A stretch of 63,719 bases of DNA, the filler included, from Catajapyx aquilonaris (taxonomy: Eukaryota): NCBI GenBank assembly GCA_000934665.2. It is 2 parts of 2 records of this genome, joined end to end, with 100 filler letters (N's around TTAATTAATTAA, not from the genome) between each part and the next. Parts side by side here need not be neighbours in the genome. Positions count along the whole stretch, not along the records: positions 1 to 31,823 come from JYFJ02004486.1; 1 more part is not named here. The stretch is one strand, 5' to 3'. The notes below the pieces were generated by a model. The model had not been told where the DNA came from. It worked only from the letters and a program-made list of their open reading frames with translations, and made no database searches. Below, piece after piece: positions 11,775 to 21,939 of the stretch; position 1 is the first letter of the stretch; each line of letters opens with the position of its first letter. The position numbers and the translations under genes are program-made.

Positions 11775-12264
11775 CCCACCAAAAACCTTTCTGTAAAAAA
11801 AGGCCAAGTTCTCCTGACTGCTTGGCCGTAAAAAGTGGTGAGATCTGAAATACGGCCAAGTTCAACGTCGTAGTCAATTACTGGCATTCTCAACTTCTTC
11901 AACCTAAACCACTAACTTTATTTTTCCAGGTCGACCTTAGGTTTAATCATCAAAAAAATTTTATGTCATTTCTCCGGATGTCACTTGGCCATTGCTCATT
12001 CCGAGGTATTGTTGAATTCTACAACTCTTTCAAAGTTTTAAGAGCAATGGCTAAGTGACATCAGGAGAAATGGCATTAAATTTTTTCGATGATTAAACTT
12101 AAGGTCGACCTGGAAAAACAAAGTTAGTGGTTTAGGTTGAAGAAGTTGAGAATGCCAGTAATTGACTACGACGTTGAACTTGGCCGTATTTCAGATCTCA
12201 CCACTTTTTACGGCCAAGCAGTCAGGAGAACTTGGCCTTTTTTTACAGAAAGGTTTTTGGTGGG
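11775..12264. mobile_element. Foldback MITE with ~223-bp TIRs, CCCA..TGGG ends, AT flanks
   Basis: 11775-11997 is the near-perfect rc of 12042-12264, with a 44-bp spacer; AT on both sides (possible 2-bp TSD). Confidence 0.9.
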
Positions 12265-12671
12265 ATAACTGTATTCCTTTTGTCTACATTCAGCGAACGG
12301 CAGCAGCTAATAATGCATCAACGGCAACTGCTGCTTCATCCACTCCTGATGTGCAAGAGTTGTCTGCTGATAACCATCATCTACTTGCATCGCCATCACC
12401 TGAGGATGACACAGCTCCAGAAGTACGAACTGCTGGTAAACTATGTAAATAACTCTACATTTTCCATTTCGCTTGGTTAATTTGTGCTTTTGTAAGAAAA
12501 TAATGCATACCGTATATGATGACTGGACCCATAAGTGGCCACTCCTCATTTTATTTTACACAGCAGTATGTGCATTTCTATGCTGTCCTGTAGCACAAAA
12601 ATAATTAATTATTTGCCTTGTTGTGCTATCTTATTCAGGAACCTGTTAGCAGTGATGAATGTTCAGCAGTA

Positions 12672-14730
12672 CGAAAGAGGTCTGATGCAGAACAGCAGCA
12701 ACTTGAAGATGCTACTGAACTGATGCTGCCACCAGTGACCAGCATCACTTTGCTGCAAGAGGAAGTTGCAAAGAGAATAAGTCATTGCACATACAACTGC
12801 AATAAAAGGAAGAGCAAAATCAGAAGCTCCTGAACATAGCTCTGCAGGAAAAGCTTCTCCCGCAGTTGCGTGGTGAGTTTTCAGTATTACAGAGGTTCAC
12901 AGTTTTCTTGGACAAATTCAGTCTTATTGTGTTTATGATGCCCATCCATCAGCTAGCTCTGAAAAGTTGTTGTGCTAGCTAAGGGCAGTGTGGTTGCTGG
13001 TCTATGGGCAGGGAGGCTAAGAAGGCGCCGGTCTCCCACTTCTGCAGGTGGGGTCCCATCTGAGTTCAAATCCTGCTTCACACAAAGTTTGCTATGTGCG
13101 TGTACCTGTATATAGGGTTGCAGGGAGTTCTCTCTATAGCTACCATACTTGCATGGGTTTTCTATGCTGGGTTCTCCTGTTTCCTCCCACATGCAGAAAC
13201 TCATCATCATCAGCGGTGACAATAATGAATGAGTTGTAGCGTGATTAAGCAAATCTCCTAAAACAGCATAGTCATATATGGTATTAGATATGTATATAAG
13301 GGGGCTTACCCGGCATAGCCATCTACAGCCCCCGGCTCCATCAACATCTAATCACCGAATAGTGACAACATCATAAACAAACAAGAAGAGCCAAACAAAC
13401 CTGGATAAACCCGAAAACCGAAAACCCCCAAGGCGCGACCACAAAAGCAACCACCAAAACGCGCAGAGACGCATACAATTTAGAGCGAAACCCTTCACCA
13501 CCTCAGATTTAGAGAACCAAGAGAACCAAGAGACCAAGAGAACCAAACCCGAGAGAGGGGGACCAAGAGAACCAAACCAGTGCACATTAAAACTCCTCCG
13601 GCGACGGAGCTCGCCGTACGGTGACACACCATATTCATCCATTGATCCCCTGGAGCCAAGCATCAGCCGCCAAACAAAGAGAATTGAAGCTCCTCAGAAG
13701 AGATCCCATGAGCATCCTTGGAGAAGGGGGCCAGCCAGCACCGCTCCGCAATCAAGCACAGTATTATTATATATCTTGTGATGTCAATGAGCCCTCACAA
13801 GAGGATTATATTCCAAGCCAAGACAGCCAGCAAAATATGCGAGGAGTCTTGCTGAGGAAGTTTTGGGCCAGAAGGCCATCCTGGCAAGCAAGCTGAATGA
13901 GTTGGATGCACATATTCTACTTGGCATACACATTTGTCAACTCAGATCTTGCACTGCAGGCTAACTTACACAGTATAATACAGGGACTCTCCAATATATA
14001 TAAGTGGTGTTAAACCTCAAAAGTACCTTGTACTTTTCAGACAGCTATTATATATGCCAGGCAGGCCAGACAGTCTACAATCCTGCTACAAATATCAAAA
14101 TTCAGTGGTTAGACGGCAAAGGAACAGTGTACAAGTAGCCTACGCCTATAACGACTTGATAGACACGAACAGCATAATTGATGTGGTTAATCTGCAAAGA
14201 AAAGGCAACTCATTCATTTTGACGGAAAAGGAGATGAAAAGGATCTCCGAAGCATTGCGTAACATGATCTTGGATACTTCTGAAGATTCGGATGGTCAAG
14301 GAGCAGATGTCAACGACAATGTTGAAGACCAACTGGAAGATAAACCGGAGAGGATTGTGGATGAGCAGACACAAGCAATAAGGGAACAGTTGCCGGGCAC
14401 AAGCAGCCAGTCTTGTCAAGGAGAGGAGGTTGCTGGTAACAGAGGCTCTGATACTGCTGCAATGGTCATTTTGGCGGCTGAGAGAAGAAAAAAAGGGTCT
14501 GCTGGAATGAGTATTGGTCAAAACAATCCCAGTTTGCGTTTAGTGTGGCTGCAATTTTGGAATTGTAGCGTGGGCGTAGCTGCTAGAGAGGAATAAATGA
14601 CAGTTGGCTTGATGGCCGGAGCTAGGAAGAACTCACTTTCATTTTGGTCCCCACCATCCCGCTCTCATAGTGCTCCTACCAACCTCAGACAACCCTGAAG
14701 CGAAGGTACCACACAACCACAAAGCCTACC
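12672..14730 (+). repeat. Right arm of long inverted duplication; carries exon-like pieces of an unidentified gene and ~910 bp absent from the left arm
   Basis: See 1-1156. Splice-like signals at ~12639 (ttcag|), ~12873 (|gtgagt) and 14040 (ttttcag|). Confidence 0.93.
12995..13250 (+). mobile_element. tRNA-derived SINE (V-domain-like core)
   Basis: B-box-like gagttcaaatcc (~13062) followed by tgggttttct..gggttctcctgtttcctcccaca, a motif of V-type SINE cores. Confidence 0.6.
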
Positions 14731-14820
14731 CGAAACAACAACAAGCAACCTTTCCAAAAGAATTAGCCTAACCAGCCATTCAAACCCAACCCTGAAACAT
14801 ACCCCACCAAGAAATCCTGC

Positions 14821-15528
14821 GGATTCTGTGGTAAAGAGATGCATCCCCGCAAGAACTGTCCAGCAGTGCAGGCAACAACTGCTCCAAGCTGGGCCACTAC
14901 GCAGCAGTATGCAGGTCACGCAACGTGCACGAGACAGTCCAACAAGTGGGTGCAGCAGGTGGGGAAGAGGAGTCATACTTCTTGGGTGCGGTGGAGCGGA
15001 CATCTGGGGAAGAGTGCAACCCCAGTCCTCCATGGATGGTCGCAGTACAGGTCAACGGAAAGCCTCTCCGGTTCAAGATGGACACTGGAGCAGACGTAAC
15101 AGTAATTATTCCCGATTGCTGTGTTCCTGAGGGGGTGGAACTGCGAAGCTCCAACGAGTCACTGAGAGGCCCAGGCAATCCAGGTGGTTCCATGCAGCGG
15201 ATGGTTCATGGCAACAATGGGGATCAACAATCATGAGGCCAGCATCAAGGTATATGCGTCGCCAGCGGTGCAGGTTCCACTGTTGGGAAGACCAGCGCTG
15301 GAGCAGCTGGACATGGTGAGGAGGCTATGCGAGATAGGACGCAGCTACGCGGGAGACGTGTGGGCAGCATATCCTGATCTCCTGAAACCGCTGGGGACCT
15401 TCTCAGAAGCATACCACATCACATTGGAGAAAGGCGCAGAACCATATGCAGTCAGCGTGGCACGGAGGGTGCCCTACCCGATGTTCGAGGAAGTACAACG
15501 AGAACTGGAGCGGATGGTTCAGCTTGGA
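14821..15528 (+). pseudogene. Gypsy/Ty3 gag-pol fragment (zinc knuckles, aspartic protease, start of RT region)
   Basis: FCGKEMHPRKNC, NCSKLGHYAAVC, FKMDTGADVTVI, PLLGRPAL, ARRVPYP..VQRELERMVQLG. Confidence 0.9.
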
Positions 15529-15951
15529 AAGTGAGATGACTTGGCCGGACTTGGTTCACGGGCACGAGGAACAATACGAATTCAGTTCGCTGGAATTTGA
15601 TCAAGTTACTGTTCTCCCAATAAGCTGTACGACTTTCAAGTGTAATTAACCGCGATTGTAATCATGTGCGGTTCGAAGATGACATTTTGTAGTTCCTGTC
15701 ATACGAATCAGAGGTCAAAGTATATTTATAATTATTCTAATGAATCAAGGAACTGTATTTGTAATTTGAAGGTGAGTTGTTACGTTACTGCTCCACCATT
15801 GACAGTTAAAAGTAAATATTCCATTCGAATGTCACATTTTTGGATAATGGCTCTACCAATGAGTGTTAAAAGTTTACTTTCTATTGTATTAAACCACGCA
15901 TGGCATTGTTCCTCGTGCCCGTGAACCAAGTCCGGCCAAGTCATCTCACTT
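15529..15951. mobile_element. Non-autonomous TIR element, 47-bp perfect TIRs, no clear TSD
   Basis: aagtgagatgacttggccggacttggttcacgggcacgaggaacaat (15529-15575) = rc of 15905-15951. Confidence 0.88.
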
Positions 15952-16107
15952 AGCTTATAGCCTCGAAGAAAGGCTTGGCGTCCACCACGATCTCACGACT
16001 TTGTACGGCGGAGTGGACAAGGCTTGGCTCCCAGACACTATCTCACAGGTTTTTTCGGCGGAAGACTTGGCGCGTTTTTTACGAGTGCGTTTTTGAGGGG
16101 ATCTCAC

Positions 16108-17900
16108 CGTTATTATCTGGGATGAGTGTACCATGACTCACAAGGGAGGAGTGGAAGCTTTGAACAGGACGCTGCAGGACGTGCGAGATTCTGACCGGGT
16201 CATGGGAGGTGTCACTGTCGTCCTCTCTGGTGATTTCCGACAAACTCTACCTGTTATTCAGAGAGGCACCAGGGCTGATGAGGTGAAGGCCTCCATCAAA
16301 TACTCCTCCATATGGGGTCAAGTTCAAACACTTCCTCTTACCGTGAACATGCGGTTCACTTGAATGGGGACTCATCAGCCGCTGATTTCGCAAGTTTGCT
16401 CCTGGAAATCGGTAACGGCAGAGTGCCTGAAGACAATGGCGAAATTACAGTTACTGATGCTATGGGGCACGTTGTCCACTCCTTCGAAGAACTAATTTCC
16501 AACATCTATCCTGATTTATCCTCTCTCAGTCTTCACGGAGACTTCAAGGAACGACACTGCTGACTACATCAACCATTTTCTCCTACGCAAGTGTCCGGGT
16601 GAGGATAACCTCCACGTGTCAGTTGACAGTGTCGTCAATCCAGATGACGCTGTCAACTACCCGGTGGAATTCCTAAACTCTCTGAATCCACCAGGTCTAC
16701 CTCCCCACAAACTCTGTCTACGGCTGGGGTCACCAATCATGCTCCTACGAAATCTCGATCCCCCAAAACTGTGCAATGGCACGCGGCCGCAGGTGACTGG
16801 ATTGACACGATTTGTTGTACAAGCTGTGGTACTCACAGGTTGTGCCAAAGGGGAGCGCGTGATGATCCCGCGCATACCGCTCATCCCGAGTGACTACTCC
16901 TTCCAATTCAGACGCCTGCAGTTCCCTGTCAAACTCTGCTTTGCCATTACCATCAACAAGGCACAAGGGCAATCCCTCGGAGTGGCGGGGATTGATTTGA
17001 GGGAGCCATGTTTCTCACATGGCCTGTTTTACGTAGCGTGCTCCAGAGTCAGCTCTAGAAACAACCTCTACATTCTCACACCTACCACGAGTAAGACCCG
17101 AAACATTGTGTACAAAGAGACGCTCAGGTAATCAAGTCCTTTTTACGTTCACTTCCTTTTTCAAAATGTTTACGTGGCCTGTGTGTGTTCCCTCGCTGAC
17201 AGTGGTCGTGCTTTAGAAGGAAGATGTGATGTCTTTTTGGATTCTCTGGTCTGGTATTCGCTGGATTTTTTTTTGTTTGTACATGTGTAGATTTACCTGT
17301 GCAGAAATTGTTACAAAGGTATGGTGTCCTTTGCGTCTCAAATTTTTGACGTTGTCCTTTATTTTGCACACTGACTTTCTGATTTTTTCTCCCTGCAGTT
17401 TCAGCTGTAGAGAATCTTGATGTGTGTGTGTGTGATGTGTGGTTTTCGTTCGCTGTCATATGTTCAAACAGGCCTGTAAATTGTTTGAAATTTTGCACTT
17501 CCCCCAATTTTTTTATATCCCCCTCCCCCCTATGTATCTCCACCTTGCCGTGGTGGTGGGCTTGCGTTTCTCCAATGACCCCAAGAGCTATGCCGGCGGT
17601 AGCTTCGTCTACTGGCAGGGTCACCCATGCCGGACAGGTCTTTGGGATAGGAGACAGACTAAGAGAGATACCAGTCTTTCCTCTCTTCTTTTTTCCTCTT
17701 CGTTTCTCTCTCCAGCATCTGTCCCACCTTTTTGTATTCTGATAACCACATATCCATAGTTCCTTGGATATTTTTTACACCTTTCCAGTGCCTACATATG
17801 CAAGAGAATGAGCAGTTTTGCATTTAATATCGCATGAGAAGATTTTGGTACTTCTCCACGCCCCTTTTTTCCCCGTGCGAAGAACGGGTACCGCTGCTAG
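16108..17900 (+). mobile_element. Canonical Helitron 3' part: Pif1 helicase pseudogene (16108-17131) plus terminal hairpin and CTAG
   Basis: IIWDECTM, GDFRQTLPV, LCNGTR, QFPVKLCFAITINKAQGQS, FSHG..YVACSRV, TRNIVYKE; hairpin cccgt-gcgaaga-acggg (17872-17888) then CTAG|T at 17897-17901. Confidence 0.93.
17541..17672 (+). mobile_element. RTE-clade (BovB/Expander-like) LINE 5' UTR fragment
   Basis: caccttgccgtggtggtgggcttgcg..caatgacc..gagctatgcc..agggtcaccca..ggacaggtc..gac matches the recalled conserved RTE 5' leader. Confidence 0.7.
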
Positions 17901-18026
17901 TATATATTATATTGAATATATTTATAGGGAAATGTTGTGATGCTGGTGGTGTTGTTGTTATGAATGGTACTGGTAAAATATTGTTATTTAGAATATATTC
18001 CTAAAATAAACTGACCTGCCTTACAG

Positions 18027-18939
18027 AGCCTGACTGCCAACACCGCTGGAAGCAGCTGAGGGAAAAGTTTGTCCGGACAAAGAACCAGAAGCAGAAGCAA
18101 CCAAGTGGCAGCAGCAGCTACAGTACGCCAGTAGAATGGCCCCTGTATGCGACCATGGGCTTTTTGTCTGCGTTCATTACGCACAAGCGGTACGAACTGT
18201 TCAGTCCAACTCATTGAGAATATTGGTGCACGTGCTCCTAACATGTAGAGTTACAGTGTCATTTGCAGTATCAATTGCTGTACATTGATGCCTCAACTGC
18301 TAAATACAAATGAAGCACCCATTATGGAAACACCCCAACTCCAGGCGCAGAGCGTTGCAGTTGGGGTGTTTCCATAATGGGTGCTTCAAATATTATCACG
18401 CTAAGCTGTACATTGTTTTAATGGTCATGTTGTTGAATTGCAGGACAAAGACCACTCCTCTGTTAAAAGAATATGAAGAGACGATGACCTCTCTGCCGAC
18501 ACAAGAGAAGCAGAGCCCGGCTTTAGATGATGAAGAGATAGACACAATGAACTCAAGCCTCACACCTGGCCTGTCTCTCACATATAACGCATGGTATGGA
18601 GAGCCATCTTCACCCTCCGTCCCATCACCAACCCCACCTATCCCTAGCGAGACCCAGATTTCCCCCGTTCCCTCCCTGTCAAATACCCCAGTACCCACGT
18701 CGACACCTGGTAAAAACTTCAAAAGAAAGAGAAGTGTACAGGACAAAACTGATGATGCTTTGTTGGAGGCCCTGGCAGTCAACAAACAAAAGCTGAGTGT
18801 AAATAATGAACCACCAGATGTCATAAGGAGCTTTTTCCAGTTTGCCGATAGTCGCATGCGGTTGCTGGAAGAGGAGGACCAGCAGCAAGCCCAAAAAGAG
18901 ATCTTTGAGATTTTGTACCACTATCCAACAAAAAAATAA
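18027..18939 (+). pseudogene. Harbinger MADF gene, exons 2-3 (18027-18189, 18444-18939); exon 1 not upstream
   Basis: CQHRWKQLREKF..PSGS..WPLYATMGFL; C-terminal BESS-like SFFQFADSRMRLL..AQKEIFEIL; phase-compatible GT-AG intron. Confidence 0.8.
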
Positions 18940-19382
18940 AAGCCGGTAGCAGAATTTGTACATTTATTTCTTCAACAATACATCAAAATTCCATTAGTTC
19001 TTCCGCATAATTTTCCAATTTTAGATACCAATTCATAACATAACAGTTCATTATTTTATTAATCACCAGAAAAGGTCGGATAATCCGAGGAGCGACCAAA
19101 ACTTTGATGAAACACAGCCAAAATATGTAAAATCATGAAATAATGCACAGCATGAAGGTTTTCTAAGAACTAGTTCAGTATTTCACGTACACACTGCTGT
19201 TTAAAATTCAACTCAGGCAACACAAAACAAATGCTTAGTAGGCCTGTACTACAGTATTGAATGAGACAACAGATTGATTGCTTCAGCGGGATGGTCAGAT
19301 AAAACGAGGAGTCGGGTAATCGGGGTTCTACTGTACTTGTATTTAAATTTCCCATAATCTGTTTCAGAACATACACTACCGC

Positions 19383-19720
19383 TTACTTGTCATATTGCCA
19401 CGCGACTTGGCCCACAGGTGAGACACAATACCGAGCAATCTGGTTCCTCGCCTGCGCAGCGTTCCTGGTGTAATTGTTGCACCGGTTCACTGGGAGGTCC
19501 CTAAGTGCTTCAGCTTCCCCAACATGCTTGCGCCAGGCCCCCTGGCTGATCGTGCCATTTCTTTTTTCCATGTCTGCAAAGCCAGGTGGGCAGTACCAGT
19601 TGCCCGTGGCTCCTCCGCAAGTCCTCAAGAAGTTATGGAGGACAAGAGTTGCCAACACTACATTCTCTACCGGTAATGGCAGGGCCCGTCTGAACACACG
19701 CCACCTGGCTGCTAGTATGC
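19383..19720 (-). pseudogene. Harbinger transposase C-terminal fragment
   Basis: GILAARWRVF..VLATLVLHNFL..RNQIARYCVSPVGQVAWQ. Confidence 0.9.
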
Positions 19721-20559
19721 CTACACTAAACCCACCTCTCTCCGGGCCTACATCACTCCCAACAGCATTCACCCGAAGCACACTTACTACGGGGTAGTGG
19801 CCGGTTTGATGATCCGCATCATCCGGCGTTCCTCCACGGTCCCCACGGCCGTGGTGGCCTGTGTGGAAGGGTTATGCCACCTTGGGAGGAGGGGGTACCC
19901 CACCCCCCTCTTGAAGGATGGATGGGTCCTGTTCTTGACCAACCTACATGACCAGCGATCAACGGCCAACACCATGCTCCTGCAGGCCGATCCACCAGCA
20001 CCTCGGAAGGCCAACATTCCGCCGCCACTTATAGACAGATGGCTGTGGCAGCTGCCTCCCTGCTCGGACCGCCTCAGATTGACCAAGATCGTCCGACGAT
20101 GGGCTGAAGAAGCCCACCAGCTTGGCAGCAGATGGCCTCCAGTCGGAGTCGCTAACATCCCACGGCAAGGAAGGAACACGTCCAAGATTTTTATTCGTGC
20201 CTCCCACCCTGTCGCCCCAGGACCAAACCCGTAATAACCCCTACTCTCTGCAAAGCACTTTTTATGGGTCTGTCACACAGGCGTTCCGTGCGCTTCGTCG
20301 GCCCGCTCGCTTCGCGCGTATGGGTCACACAGGCGAGCGTTGCGCCCCGCTGCTGTGCCCTGGGGGCCTCATCGGTCGAGGAAATTGGGGGATTTTGGGG
20401 GTGACGCAGCGAAGCAGGACCCTCTAGCTGCGTTTTCCTCCAGAGGCACGTCGGGCGCCGATTGGTCGAGATCTCTTCCCACCCCAACCACCCCTCCACC
20501 TCACGACCCCCCTTTCCCTTCCAGCCCCCTTCCTGCCTGTTCCTTTGTCAAAGGAAAAG

Positions 20560-20710
20560 ATGGCTCCTACCATGGCTCCTAGGGACGAAGTATTCGTGAC
20601 TGTTGTGCAAAATACCCCAATTATTTGGGATATTAGGCTCCGGGAGTACCGGAACATCGATGTCAAGGAACGCCACTGGGAGAAGCTGGCCAAGGAATAC
20701 AGCATGACTG
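20560..20710 (+). pseudogene. Harbinger MADF exon 1
   Basis: VFVTVVQNTPIIWDIRLREYRNIDVKERHWEKLA followed by gtgagt donor. Confidence 0.82.
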
Positions 20711-21013
20711 GTGAGTATACTCGTAGTCTACTGCAGGAACACAACCTACGGGGCTACACCATTGCACATTGCACTCGCACTTTCGGACCGCTCCCAACCA
20801 TCCCTTCCTTGCCATTGAGTAGCATCTAGCAGCAGTACACTGCAAATCATGTGCTGGCTATGTGCTGACTCCGAGGCAGCACAAAAGTGCTTTTTTGTGC
20901 CGTCTGTTGTGCTGGCTATTGTGCTGACATGAGAGTCAGCACAGGAGACCTGCCCCTCCTCCGCCTCCCCCCACCTGCCCCAGGCCCTCCTCCGCCTCCC
21001 CCCACCTGAGTCT

Positions 21014-21304
21014 TCACCTCTCTGGTGGCTGAATAGAAGGCCGCCAGTTTGTCTCTCTCTTCTTAATAAGAGGAGCCACTTTCCTGAGGATGTCCTCAAA
21101 CTGCGAGGGTGTCATCCGAAAGTATGAGAAGTATCTCTCGTAGTCCTGCAGCTCCAACATGTCCCCTATCAGTAGGTGAAATTCACCCCTCTGCAATCGG
21201 GGCTCGTTAAGAGGCTTTACCCAGAATTGCCTCCTCCTCCTCTGCTTCCTCTTTCTTAGGTGTAAAAGTAGTAGGTAGAGGTACAGCTCTTCATCGTCTT
21301 CCAT
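21014..21304 (-). pseudogene. Harbinger transposase N-terminal fragment
   Basis: RRRRQFWVKP..RGEFHLL..YFSYFRMTPSQFEDIL..TNWRPSIQPPER. Confidence 0.9.
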
Positions 21305-21939
21305 GTCTATCGCCTCCCGCTAGACCTTGCAGGACAACGCGACACTGCAGATAGTGCTTCCTCCAAGATCAGTCTACCGACTGGGACCAAGAAATGCGGA
21401 ACGCTTTATTACCGCGGAACGTTCCTTGCCATTCCATTCAGACCAGTTCCCTTTATGATTCCTACCACCCCCTCTTGTGGGCTGCGCTCAACTGCGAGAG
21501 TCTGTCTGACAAGTTTGGGCACAGCGATCGCAGCGACATTTTTCGGGGCGAGCGAACGGAACGCCTTCCTTTTTCTGTACCTACCCAACCTAACCTAACC
21601 TACCTAGCCGGTAGTCCCCCTACCCTAACGTACCTAGCCCTACCCTCAAGAAACTAGCCCCTTCCGCACCAGTGCATATGGACTTAACATCAAAATTAAA
21701 GAAGACAGTAGTTGTCTCACCACATCCAAAACCAGGTCCCAAAAAAATAAACTCCAAACTTTTTTGGGGGGCCAATCCAACCTGCCGATTTTCTCCAAAC
21801 CCGGCCCAAACGACTCCTTATCGCTCAGATTAATTAATTAGCACTAATTGGCATTAATTAGTGCTAAATTTTTCCTCGCTCCGCTCGGCTTTCTCCAGCA
21901 TGTAAGCCACCCAAAAGCCATTACTCACTGGCCAAGAAT

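Noticed and set aside
13291..13628. Solo LTR (TG..CA)
   Set aside because: No matching TSD found; unsupported.
19740..20234. 145-aa ORF, possibly Gypsy gag-like
   Set aside because: Only a faint DRWL..LP..RRW resemblance; not assignable.
21580..21650. (CCTAA)n telomeric repeat
   Set aside because: Only about three degenerate units; likely part of an interspersed repeat (similar at ~38277).
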